Positions 1 through 8,635 of a stretch of 64,000 nucleotides of DNA are shown one piece after another. Source of the stretch: Escherichia phage vB_EcoS_ESCO40; the sequence record NC_106514.1; one strand, given 5' to 3'. The notes under the pieces were generated by a model. The model was not told the DNA's origin, searched no databases, and worked only from the letters and a program-made list of their open reading frames with translations. A program made the position numbers and the translations under genes. The first letter of the stretch is position 1, and each line of letters starts with the position of its first letter.

Positions 1-834
1 CGTAGATTAATTATTATTAGTGGTGCAGGTTTGAGTGTTGAAAGTGGTGTACGAGCCTTCCGTACTGATACTGCTAGTGGTAAAGCATTGTGGGATGATT
101 ATGATCTAGAAGAGGTGTGTAATATTCATGCCTTTCGTGGTAATTTTTACCATAAAACTCACGCATTTTACAATAAACGTCGTGAAGAGTTAGAAACTGT
201 TGAACCTAATCTTGCACACTTGCGTATTGGTGAATGGTATAAACAATACCCAGGTCAGGTAGTAAACTTGACTACCAACGTTGATGACCTTATTGAGCGT
301 GCTGGTGTTCCGCATAGTGACATTCTGCACATTCACGGATACTTAAAAGAGGTTGTTGTAGCTGATAGCTACAATAGTAGCAATAAACGAATTATTGATG
401 TTGGGTATAGCTCTATTGACCCAGATGATTATAAGTGGGTTAAACCTAATGTAATCTTCTTCGGAGAACATGCTCCAGCATACGCGGAGATGTACAATGT
501 TTTTGATGGTATTACCAGTCAAGATATGATTGTGGTGGTTGGTTGCTCTAACCAAGTAATTAACTTCTACTGGGAATTATTCCCTGTTCTTAATCGGACT
601 GCTGCGAAACTTATGGTAGTTAACTACTACGATAGTGCCTTAGCGGCGGAACCAGGCTATCAAGGTATGACTCGTAGTGATATGTACCAACTGGAAGATC
701 GTGATATTCCTTACTGGAGTAAAGGTGCGGTAGATGCTTTCAGTGACCCTGGTTTTATCGCTCGTGTAGAAGCTCATCTAGAGGGTAGACCTTATATGCC
801 GGAGAGAAGGGGAAACAGATATGTCCATAGTTAA
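1..834 (+). CDS. Sir2-family NAD-dependent protein (sirtuin-like), 5' end outside window
   Basis: Reading frame open to window edge; GAGLSVESGVRAFR glycine-rich NAD motif at codons 8-21, later TTNVDDLIERAG, HIHGYL and PNVIFFGE resemble sirtuin motifs. Confidence 0.7.
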   Translation, partial: RRLIIISGAGLSVESGVRAFRTDTASGKALWDDYDLEEVCNIHAFRGNFYHKTHAFYNKRREELETVEPNLAHLRIGEWYKQYPGQVVNLTTNVDDLIERAGVPHSDILHIHGYLKEVVVADSYNSSNKRIIDVGYSSIDPDDYKWVKPNVIFFGEHAPAYAEMYNVFDGITSQDMIVVVGCSNQVINFYWELFPVLNRTAAKLMVVNYYDSALAAEPGYQGMTRSDMYQLEDRDIPYWSKGAVDAFSDPGFIARVEAHLEGRPYMPERRGNRYVHS

Positions 835-1003
835 ATCTGTATATACACATCCCGATGATATATTTGTATGGGCGGATGGTAGTTGGTGTTATCGTTGTGA
901 GCTATGGGAAATGGACTATAAATCTGATGACTATGGTGTCATATATGTTGATACGGTTGAGTATGATACGTTCTTAGCAAGGGACAAAAATGGAAATAAG
1001 TAA
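821..1003 (+). CDS. hypothetical protein (60 aa)
   Basis: ORF overlapping the upstream stop by 14 nt; purine-rich stretch before ATG; no motif recognised. Confidence 0.35.
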   Translation: MSIVKSVYTHPDDIFVWADGSWCYRCELWEMDYKSDDYGVIYVDTVEYDTFLARDKNGNK

Positions 1004-1496
1004 TACTCCAATTATTTTTCTAGATATTGATGGGGTGCTCAACTCGAGCATCTCTCATCACCATGCACCTGATGATGAAAAGATTTTCTTTGGAAGTGAC
1101 TGGGTTTTTAAACCGCTTCTCAAGGCTTTTCAGGACTTTATTCGTCCTTCTCCAATAATGATTGTTGGGGTATCTTCATGGTTCTCTGTCAGGAATGAGA
1201 TGGAGAACGTTCAGATTATGACCGGATTAGATCTTATCGATCGTTTTCTTGGTACAACGGATTTTACTGGTGGTGGGCTATCTAGGGGTAATTCTGTTCT
1301 TCGCTTCGTTGAAAAGTATAAGCTCAAACATTGGTGTGTGCTGGATGACGCTGGTGCTATGATGTATCAGTATCCAACGGTTATAGTCAATGGTAGAACT
1401 GGAATAAATCTTCAAGATTTAAGAGCTGTTAGCTATATGTTAGAATTTAGTCCAGATCTTGAAATGTGTAAAGCCCTACAACAATTTAAGGTGTAA
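990..1496 (+). CDS. HAD-superfamily phosphatase-like protein
   Basis: FLDIDGVL (HAD motif I, DxDG) near N-terminus and VLDDAG (motif IV-like). Confidence 0.6.
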   Translation: MEISNTPIIFLDIDGVLNSSISHHHAPDDEKIFFGSDWVFKPLLKAFQDFIRPSPIMIVGVSSWFSVRNEMENVQIMTGLDLIDRFLGTTDFTGGGLSRGNSVLRFVEKYKLKHWCVLDDAGAMMYQYPTVIVNGRTGINLQDLRAVSYMLEFSPDLEMCKALQQFKV

Positions 1497-1498
1497 AT

Positions 1499-1927
1499 AT
1501 GTTTAATAATGTATTCTCTAAAGAAGCTAACCCAATATTGGTTAATTTTTGGCGTACTCTTCCAGACAACCTGTACAATGAGGCTATTAATGCCCTGAAA
1601 ATATGGTGTGAGAATAATGAAATCTCCTTTGCTTTTAGAGGTGAGGTTGAAGAATCTCCCTGTATTGGTTTAATTGTGCAGGTAGAGGATGGTTTTGAAG
1701 AGATTGTCGGCTGGAAAGAGTTAGATGAAATGGGCTTGGTTTTTGCATTAAACTATAAGCTGTTTATGCCTAATAAACACCGTATTGTTGTTAACTATAA
1801 AACCAATGAATCTCCTGGTTTTCAAGTTAATGAACATTACGGTTGGTCTTACTCACCGGAAGAGGTAAATGATGGTATCCAGAAACTTCGTCGTTTTGGT
1901 TATCAGATTCCTGGTTTAACTGCCTAA
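1499..1927 (+). CDS. hypothetical protein, paralog of adjacent gene
   Basis: 142-aa ORF; shares SF-F...PC-G...W-EL-MGL-ALN-LF-P...PGL pattern with the 1937-2329 product. Confidence 0.55.
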   Translation: MFNNVFSKEANPILVNFWRTLPDNLYNEAINALKIWCENNEISFAFRGEVEESPCIGLIVQVEDGFEEIVGWKELDEMGLVFALNYKLFMPNKHRIVVNYKTNESPGFQVNEHYGWSYSPEEVNDGIQKLRRFGYQIPGLTA

Positions 1928-1936
1928 GGGGACACA

Positions 1937-2329
1937 ATGGAACAAGTATATTGGCGTCAGATTGATCCTAGTTTGGTGAAGCGTGCGGAGAAGCTGCTAC
2001 AACGTTGGTTGGGGGTAAGACAAGCCTCCTTCACTTTTCCAGAGCAGCAAATAGATGATCCCTGTGTTGGTGTTTTCCTATCAGGCTACGCTAGGGAATG
2101 GGAATTGGATTGGAATGAATTGTCTGCTATGGGTTTAATTGTTGCACTAAATTTCTCTTTGTTCCATCCACGTGGTTTGGCCATATGTCGTGTGCCTGGT
2201 GACGGTTGTTCGCCCCATCTTTTACAGGTGGAAGATGATATTTGGGAGTACACTCCAGGTATTCTCAAAGAAGCTAAAGAACAATTAAATCGTGTTGGAA
2301 TCTATGTTCCGGGACTAAATGATGAATAA
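1937..2329 (+). CDS. hypothetical protein, paralog of adjacent gene
   Basis: 130-aa ORF; tandem duplicate of the 1499-1927 product by shared motif pattern. Confidence 0.55.
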   Translation: MEQVYWRQIDPSLVKRAEKLLQRWLGVRQASFTFPEQQIDDPCVGVFLSGYAREWELDWNELSAMGLIVALNFSLFHPRGLAICRVPGDGCSPHLLQVEDDIWEYTPGILKEAKEQLNRVGIYVPGLNDE

Positions 2330-2513
2330 AGAATATTGGGTATGTTATGGTAAAATTAAAAAGTGGAATAAGGGTCAACTTTCCGCTAAACAAGTAAAAT
2401 TTATGGCGAGATATTTGACTGATCCCACTTTCGATATTAAAAAGTTAAGTAGCTCAAACCGCGCTATTATACTTAAATTTGCTAATACTATTCGTGGTCT
2501 TTTTTATGATTAA
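2319..2513 (+). CDS. hypothetical protein (64 aa)
   Basis: ORF overlapping upstream stop; followed by a hairpin. Confidence 0.4.
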   Translation: MMNKEYWVCYGKIKKWNKGQLSAKQVKFMARYLTDPTFDIKKLSSSNRAIILKFANTIRGLFYD

Positions 2514-2521
2514 TCCGTATA

Positions 2522-2548
2522 ACCGAGTCATTTTGGCTCGGTTTTCTC
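2522..2548 (+). terminator. putative intrinsic terminator
   Basis: Stem AACCGAG/CTCGGTT with 9-nt loop followed by TTCTCT. Confidence 0.4.
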
Positions 2549-2589
2549 TGTACTCAAAGACACTGATAGCACCATCCGGAAAATTTTAC

Positions 2590-2618
2590 TTGCATGATAC
2601 TCAAAATCTTGATATAAT
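2590..2618 (+). promoter_or_regulatory. T5-type early promoter (family member P1)
   Basis: TTGCAT-17 bp-TATAAT followed by conserved initial transcribed sequence ATTTATATTGAATTGAGAGA. Confidence 0.7.
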
Positions 2619-3118
2619 ATTTATATTGAATTGAGAGACATTAGTAAAAATTGGTTTTACTAATTTTTCTTGTTTACAATCCGCGATACGGAACAGTTAG
2701 GCTGCCCCATTAAGGGTTGTTTTAACTGTTACGTGTTAGTTTTTAAACAAATAGTTAATAGAATACTTAGCGATCTGCGTCCCATAGGAACCCTGGTAAG
2801 GCCTCGAAGCAACCTAGTATGAGGTGGTTGTGAAGTGAGATGGGAGGAGTGAAAAACTACCGAGACGTGATTCTGTAAGTTATATTGCATCTAGTATGAG
2901 CTAGTATATGAAGCATTAGGTGAGCAAATCTGGCTTAGCGGCCATCCTCAAGGATTTGTGCGGTATAATGAGGCAGCAGCGCAGCGTGAAAGTGGAAGTT
3001 GCCACCCCACTTCAGTATTTGCGATTAATTTGTTGAGAAATTGACAGTAACAGTTGTTCTATTCTTTCTGAATAGTCCTAAAGAAAACTTATTTCATTTC
3101 CAACACAGGAGTATTGTT

Positions 3119-5908
3119 GTGTTTTCAATCCTACAAGGTCATGCAGGATTTCATCGCGATTTAGCCACAGGCAATTGGCGAGAAGTTAAAGCAGAAGATT
3201 ATCTTTTTGCTAAAAGATTTTCCTCAAAGCATCCTGAAGGTAAACCAGCTTCAATGCCCTTCAAGTTTGATGTAATTGACGAAGTTGATCCTCAAACCCT
3301 AGTAGAAATGCTCCCTCTTATGAGACGTTTAACGTCTGACCCTCATATCGTTGCGGTACGAGGTCGATGTCTTGCACCTAAAAATAATGTGCGGCGTAAG
3401 AAGGGCAACTTTAATGTATCTAATCCAAGTCATATAATCGCAATGGATGTGGATGGTATTGTAGATACAGGAGGTTGTAACAAGTTTGATCTTGTTGGCG
3501 TGGCTCGACATATTATTAGGATGTTAAATAGTATTAGTGAGGATATGTTTCCTCTTGATGCAGGGTTTATCGCTCATGCATCGTCTTCGGCTGGACTAAA
3601 ACCAGGTATCCGAATGCACTTAATACTAGAATCTAATGTTAAAGTTACACAGGGTCAGATCAAGTTCTTATTTACATCTATCAACGAAAGTAGTAGACAA
3701 AAGTATGGCTTTGATATTGCCGACTTAGCTTATTACTCTTCCGTACAGCTCCACTATTTCGCAGATCCTTTATTTATTGATGGTATAGTCGATCCGTTTA
3801 AAGCGGAGGGTGCTTCACGTCTGGTATTTGTTAAAGGCTCAAAAGTAAATTTACCTAATAATCTAGTTGACTATGAAACAACTAGAGGAGAGTTTAAAGA
3901 GGAATTCTACTCTTTACTCGATCAAATTAAAGGTAAAAAAGCTGCCTCTGATAAAGTAGAGGAAACTATCAGTGAGCTAGAAGAGGCTGATGATGGGGTA
4001 TACTTACGTATTATTCCAAAGCTATATCACCGAGCGTTAGAGGATGGGGTAGATTTTGGTTGGCTAGAAAAAGAAATCCGCCCAGCTTTATCAGAATATA
4101 TTGCAACTAAAGATAATAGCCGTAATATTCAGGATTATTTCAATAACGGACGGAAACAGGCATTAAAAGCCTTTGTGAATAACTCTAAGCGTGAGATCCC
4201 TGAAGTATTAAAAGGTATCCCCCTTAAAAAGCTAGAAACTAATTCACTAGAGACTGACAACTTCTTGAAATTAAATACTGTACCACCAGAAGGCTATATG
4301 ACTTTTGTAAAAGCAAGTCTAGGCACAGGTAAAACCACGGCGGTTGTGCGTTGGTTAGATTCAGGGGTTATTAAAGGTAATTTCTTAGCAATTACCAATA
4401 CTAGAGCACTGGTATCTTCAAATGCTAAGAAATTTAGTGCAGGACAATATGATAAGTCTGTAGATATGCTTAATTTTAAGCGTGGTGCTATTGACCGTAT
4501 GTCCACAACTATTCACTCTTTGCATAAATTCAAGAGTTTTATTGGTCAAATTGACGCAATCTTTATCGATGAATGTGATGCAGTAATGAATGACCTATTA
4601 TTCGCTCCGGTTGTTAAGCAACGTCGCGAGTGTATTCAGGTTCTTCGTGATATTCTTGCAACTGCAAAAATAATTATATTATCTGATGGGGATATTAGTG
4701 CAGAAACAATTGAAGCATATGGTTCTTTGATTGAGTTCGATAAACCAGTTGCATTTTACAATCACCACCGTAAAATGCTGTCAAAAGCTCATGCTTATGA
4801 GTTCCCTGATGAATCCAGTATTTGGGTTGCACTTCAGACTTCTCTAGAGATGGGTGAGAAATCTATTCTAGTATCTGATTGTGGCCCGGATGAGCTGAAT
4901 GAGAAAGGTATGGCACTGCGTCGTAATACGGGTGCGTTAGTTAAGGAAATCCATTCAAACTCTACCTCAGATGTGGATATTCGACGTATTCTGGATTACA
5001 CAACTAATGAACTAATTGATCAACAAATTGATTGCTTATTATGTAGTCCATCCGTAACGAGTGGTGTTGACTTTAACTATTTTGATAACGTATTTGTTAT
5101 TACTAGAACTAGTAATCAAGCGCCAAACATGCGTTTTCAAGCAATCAGGCGCGACCGTGGTGCTCAGAATATCTATTATTTTATTGATAAATCCACTAGT
5201 GGGTTCTCTGCTGGTTCTGAACAATATAATATTGATGAAGGTTGGCTGGAGTTAGCACAGCAGTTATATGCGCGTCGCAGGGAGCTAGAATCTAGGAACT
5301 ATACTAGTACTTTACGTTATTACTTGCTTGATCAAGGTGCAACTATTGATATTTTCAGCGAAAGCTGGGGAACTATTGAAGGTGCTGGTAAAGAGTACAC
5401 AGAAGAGCGAATCAAAGCTATTCTGCATTCAACTCCAGATTATTGTGCTCCACGTCATGCGGATGCGTATGAAGCTAAACTACTTCTTGTTCGCTATTAT
5501 CATCTTGAGTCTATTAAAGATGTAACAGTTGAGCATGTTGAACAATATATCAAAGATAAGCCGAATGATCGAGCTGCATTCTTCCATAAGATGCACGAGA
5601 TGTTCTGGGAAGATATTAAGAAGTGTTCAAATGTGACCATTAAACCATTCATAGAAGCTCTGAAAGGTAAGAAGAAGGACTTCTTCCTTAAAACAGGTCA
5701 GAGTGCTAACCCAAAATATGCTAGAATGTATCTTGGTATGATGGGTATTGGTAAAGATATGAACACGGAGAATATCGTAGACTGGTACAGAACCTATTGT
5801 AAAATCGAGTGTATGCCAATTCCTTATAAGTTCATGACTGACGAGGAAAAACATATGCACGATGAAGCAATGTCAGAGCTAGGTGCTAGAAATGACAGTG
5901 AAGAATAA
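3119..5908 (+). CDS. SF2 helicase-domain protein, putative replication initiator / origin-binding-like
   Basis: Walker A GTGKTT and DExD-like IFIDECD in central region; ORF open from 3041 (TTG); GTG at 3119 follows AGGAG by 7 nt; start uncertain. Confidence 0.6.
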   Translation: MFSILQGHAGFHRDLATGNWREVKAEDYLFAKRFSSKHPEGKPASMPFKFDVIDEVDPQTLVEMLPLMRRLTSDPHIVAVRGRCLAPKNNVRRKKGNFNVSNPSHIIAMDVDGIVDTGGCNKFDLVGVARHIIRMLNSISEDMFPLDAGFIAHASSSAGLKPGIRMHLILESNVKVTQGQIKFLFTSINESSRQKYGFDIADLAYYSSVQLHYFADPLFIDGIVDPFKAEGASRLVFVKGSKVNLPNNLVDYETTRGEFKEEFYSLLDQIKGKKAASDKVEETISELEEADDGVYLRIIPKLYHRALEDGVDFGWLEKEIRPALSEYIATKDNSRNIQDYFNNGRKQALKAFVNNSKREIPEVLKGIPLKKLETNSLETDNFLKLNTVPPEGYMTFVKASLGTGKTTAVVRWLDSGVIKGNFLAITNTRALVSSNAKKFSAGQYDKSVDMLNFKRGAIDRMSTTIHSLHKFKSFIGQIDAIFIDECDAVMNDLLFAPVVKQRRECIQVLRDILATAKIIILSDGDISAETIEAYGSLIEFDKPVAFYNHHRKMLSKAHAYEFPDESSIWVALQTSLEMGEKSILVSDCGPDELNEKGMALRRNTGALVKEIHSNSTSDVDIRRILDYTTNELIDQQIDCLLCSPSVTSGVDFNYFDNVFVITRTSNQAPNMRFQAIRRDRGAQNIYYFIDKSTSGFSAGSEQYNIDEGWLELAQQLYARRRELESRNYTSTLRYYLLDQGATIDIFSESWGTIEGAGKEYTEERIKAILHSTPDYCAPRHADAYEAKLLLVRYYHLESIKDVTVEHVEQYIKDKPNDRAAFFHKMHEMFWEDIKKCSNVTIKPFIEALKGKKKDFFLKTGQSANPKYARMYLGMMGIGKDMNTENIVDWYRTYCKIECMPIPYKFMTDEEKHMHDEAMSELGARNDSEE

Positions 5909-6125
5909 AAAATGGGAAACAAGGAAGTTTCCAGTAAAAGAACGTAAGGTTCCTGTTTATGATACTTCGGAAAAGCTATGTAGGGTGGTACCACACAGAT
6001 TAGCTGGTATCCCTAACATATCCGAGTGGTTACTTAAACAACGGAGGACTAGCGTATCCCTCCGCATAGGGTTTGAGTTAGATAAAGTATATGCTGAACT
6101 TTCTTCTTTGCTCAAAGAATCATAA
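5883..6125 (+). CDS. hypothetical protein (80 aa)
   Basis: ORF overlapping the end of the upstream gene; no motif recognised. Confidence 0.35.
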   Translation: MLEMTVKNKKWETRKFPVKERKVPVYDTSEKLCRVVPHRLAGIPNISEWLLKQRRTSVSLRIGFELDKVYAELSSLLKES

Positions 6126-6133
6126 AAAATTAT

Positions 6134-6162
6134 TTGCTTTCAGGAAAAATTTTCTGTATAAT
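6134..6162 (+). promoter_or_regulatory. T5-type early promoter (P2)
   Basis: TTGCTT-17 bp-TATAAT then AGATTCATAAATTTGAGAGAGGAG. Confidence 0.75.
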
Positions 6163-6193
6163 AGATTCATAAATTTGAGAGAGGAGTTTAAAT

Positions 6194-6898
6194 ATGGCTG
6201 GTTCTCGCAGAAAGAAACATATCCATGAAATCCCGGATGAAGTCTTTAAAAAAGTTATAGAGCATCTGGAGAACGGTGGTACTAAGAAAGCAGCATGTGA
6301 AATGCTCGGCGTATCATCCAATCCAACTATGGAAAGGATGATTGAAGAATGGCAAGACCGCCAGATTCAAGTTGCCGAAATGAAGAAAAAGAAACGTGGT
6401 ACACTCATTGAAGGTATTGAGTTGGCCAACGTTATTGAGCAGTATCTATCTGGTGACTCCTTTGAGGAGATTGCCGATCGTAATTATCGTTCTGTAGCAA
6501 TGGTTAAATCTGTTCTGGAACGATATGGTGCTCTACTTCGTTTGAACGATATTGTAGATCCATTGAATCCACCAATTATTCCTGATGATGCTGTAGCAGA
6601 AGAATTTGAGGTAGGCGAGCTTGTTTGGGTTCCTGGATACCAGTGTATCGGTGAAATCAAAAAGGCAATGGATAATCCTGTTGGTTGCTACCGTGTATGG
6701 CTTCTATCAGAAGGCAAACAACAGAACGTTCATTATATGAATTATGAATTAGCTTCTGTAAAGCATTTGGAAAAGTTAGGGGTTGACGTAAAATCTCTGG
6801 GGTACAAGTGGACTCGTGAAGAAGTTATTACGTTGATTAACGAAGCTGTTAAGGCTGCCCTGAAACTTGATAAAGAAAAAGGAAAACGCCGTGAGTAG
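6194..6898 (+). CDS. putative DNA-binding protein
   Basis: GAGAGGAG RBS 7 nt before ATG; N-terminal helix-turn-helix-like segment GGTKKAACEMLGVS. Confidence 0.6.
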   Translation: MAGSRRKKHIHEIPDEVFKKVIEHLENGGTKKAACEMLGVSSNPTMERMIEEWQDRQIQVAEMKKKKRGTLIEGIELANVIEQYLSGDSFEEIADRNYRSVAMVKSVLERYGALLRLNDIVDPLNPPIIPDDAVAEEFEVGELVWVPGYQCIGEIKKAMDNPVGCYRVWLLSEGKQQNVHYMNYELASVKHLEKLGVDVKSLGYKWTREEVITLINEAVKAALKLDKEKGKRRE

Positions 6899-7142
6899 AC
6901 TAACTGATTTACTTAAAGATGGGGAAGTAAAAACACTATATCGCAGAAGCTGGGGTAACGATAATAACGGCTTAGTGTTACTAACTTTAGATGCTGACTC
7001 GGATGTAGCTACCCAGCATACCTGGGTAGCCGGTAACTATCCATATAGCGAGGTCGTTTCATTAACAGTATGCGAAGCTATTGCGGACGATTGGGAGGTT
7101 GCCAGCATTGATGATATGCTCGCTGTTGGCCTGGTGGAGTAA
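6891..7142 (+). CDS. hypothetical protein
   Basis: GTG start preceded by AAGGAAAA, overlapping upstream stop (GTGAGTAG); the ORF track extends to 6867. Confidence 0.4.
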   Translation: MSRLTDLLKDGEVKTLYRRSWGNDNNGLVLLTLDADSDVATQHTWVAGNYPYSEVVSLTVCEAIADDWEVASIDDMLAVGLVE

Positions 7143-7159
7143 CTACTTAAAAATTTCAG

Positions 7160-7188
7160 TTGCTTAATCCTATAATTCTTGATATAAT
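7160..7188 (+). promoter_or_regulatory. T5-type early promoter (P3)
   Basis: TTGCTT-17 bp-TATAAT. Confidence 0.7.
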
Positions 7189-7245
7189 ATTCTCATAGTT
7201 TGAAAGAACTATTCTGTTTAATTCTTAATTAAGGAAATATAAAAT

Positions 7246-7656
7246 ATGACTACTCCAACTCAGTGGACTGATGAACTGTTCGAAAAAATGTCTTCCGAAT
7301 ACGTTGCTCGTATGGAGCAATTCCCAGAGGATGAACGTCCGAGTGTTAGTATGGAAATTGTTAGTGAAATTGCCCAAGAAAATGGTGTAACTCCGAACGG
7401 TTTTCGTATGAAGCTGACTAAAGCAGGTGTGTATATCAAGAAAGCTGCTGGTTCTGCTTCTAAATCTAGCGCATCTACTGGAGAAAAAGCTTCTGGTGGT
7501 TCTCGTACCTCCAAAGCCCAAGCTCATGCCGACCTGCGTTCAGCATTCTCTGATGCTGGCTTAGCACCAGATTTTCTGGATGATGCAATTATCGACAAAC
7601 TGACCGGTAAAGCGGCCGCTCATCTGGCAGAAGCAATCCGAGCTATCACTAAGTAA
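7246..7656 (+). CDS. hypothetical abundant early protein
   Basis: AAGGA RBS; codon usage dominated by host-preferred codons (CTG, CGT, GGT); Ala/Ser-rich. Confidence 0.55.
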   Translation: MTTPTQWTDELFEKMSSEYVARMEQFPEDERPSVSMEIVSEIAQENGVTPNGFRMKLTKAGVYIKKAAGSASKSSASTGEKASGGSRTSKAQAHADLRSAFSDAGLAPDFLDDAIIDKLTGKAAAHLAEAIRAITK

Positions 7657-7693
7657 TATTTAGATAAATCCACCAACAAAAGGAACTACAGTT

Positions 7694-7990
7694 ATGACCA
7701 AAGCTGAAATTATCGCACAGTGTGAAAAATTTGGTGAGTTTTATCTTCATTACGAGAAACTTCGTCAGAAAGGAACCACGTACCTTCAGGGTACAATGGA
7801 ATTTGATCCGGCCCAAGATAAATATCTGGCTGAGCGTATTAAACGTGAACGTATTCGTAAAGCGAAAGATGATGAAATCCTTGTCTTCTCTCGTACTAAT
7901 GATAGCTTCCGTTTTATTCCTGTCGAGAAAGTTCGTCGTGTGACTAGCCTCCAATCAGAGTTAGATCGTGCTTCTCCAGTAGGCCGATAA
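7694..7990 (+). CDS. hypothetical protein (98 aa)
   Basis: AAGGA RBS; followed by a strong intrinsic terminator. Confidence 0.5.
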   Translation: MTKAEIIAQCEKFGEFYLHYEKLRQKGTTYLQGTMEFDPAQDKYLAERIKRERIRKAKDDEILVFSRTNDSFRFIPVEKVRRVTSLQSELDRASPVGR

Positions 7991-8000
7991 GAAAACAATT

Positions 8001-8022
8001 AGCCCCTATATGGGGCTTTTTG
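8001..8022 (+). terminator. intrinsic terminator
   Basis: AGCCCC-TATAT-GGGGCT hairpin followed by TTTTT. Confidence 0.7.
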
Positions 8023-8040
8023 TGTATTTGGGATATGTAA

Positions 8041-8349
8041 ATGAGCGAACAGGTAAATCAAAACTATGAAGGACACGTTGATGACCAGTCCATCATACTT
8101 TGGGAGAAGGAGGGGGAACAAGTAAGATTAACAGTATCTGAATTTCGTGGGAATCTATACATGGGTATTCGTTACTGGCTTCTTGATATTAATGATGAAT
8201 GGTTTCCAACGAAATCTGGCTTCTCTTTTCCTTACACCCTAGAAACAACATCACAGCTTTTCTATGCGTTTACACAGATTCTTAGTGAATCTGAGGTTTT
8301 ACATGAAGTACAGAAACGAGCTGAAGAACTCAAAGCCAAGAATGCCTAG
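8041..8349 (+). CDS. PC4/YdbC-like ssDNA-binding protein
   Basis: LTVSEFRGNLYMGIRYWL...WFPTKSGFSFP resembles the PC4-like fold signature; bracketed by two terminators. Confidence 0.45.
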   Translation: MSEQVNQNYEGHVDDQSIILWEKEGEQVRLTVSEFRGNLYMGIRYWLLDINDEWFPTKSGFSFPYTLETTSQLFYAFTQILSESEVLHEVQKRAEELKAKNA

Positions 8350-8366
8350 TTCTTGGCTTTTTCTTT
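8335..8366 (+). terminator. intrinsic terminator
   Basis: GCCAAGAA/TTCTTGGC stem followed by TTTTTCTTT; overlaps the stop codon. Confidence 0.7.
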
Positions 8367-8376
8367 ATAAATGTAT

Positions 8377-8405
8377 TTGCTTTCAACTCAGTTTTGTTAT
8401 ATAAT
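8377..8405 (+). promoter_or_regulatory. T5-type early promoter (P4)
   Basis: TTGCTT-17 bp-TATAAT then ATTTATATAAATTAATGAGAGG. Confidence 0.75.
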
Positions 8406-8434
8406 ATTTATATAAATTAATGAGAGGATCAATC

Positions 8435-8635
8435 ATGGCAATGACAGTAACACTTCCCAAGATTCAAGCAAAACTTAATCTACTTTCCACAGCACGTATT
8501 AATTATCAAGATAGCATAGGCACAGTAAATCAAAAAGCGTACAAAGATGCGTTTCTGAAAGAATCTGCTGATTTGATGGATATGGTTACACAATATAATA
8601 AAGAACTCAAGATGGAAATCGCCGATGATGAATAA
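8435..8635 (+). CDS. hypothetical protein
   Basis: ATG 8 nt after GAGAGGA; the track ORF from 8420 would start inside the conserved promoter leader. Confidence 0.45.
   Translation: MAMTVTLPKIQAKLNLLSTARINYQDSIGTVNQKAYKDAFLKESADLMDMVTQYNKELKMEIADDE

Noticed and set aside
2700-3040. Possible tRNA gene in the long non-coding interval
   Set aside because: No GTTCGAATC-like T-arm, no CCA-proximal acceptor pairing and no cloverleaf-compatible spacing seen on either strand
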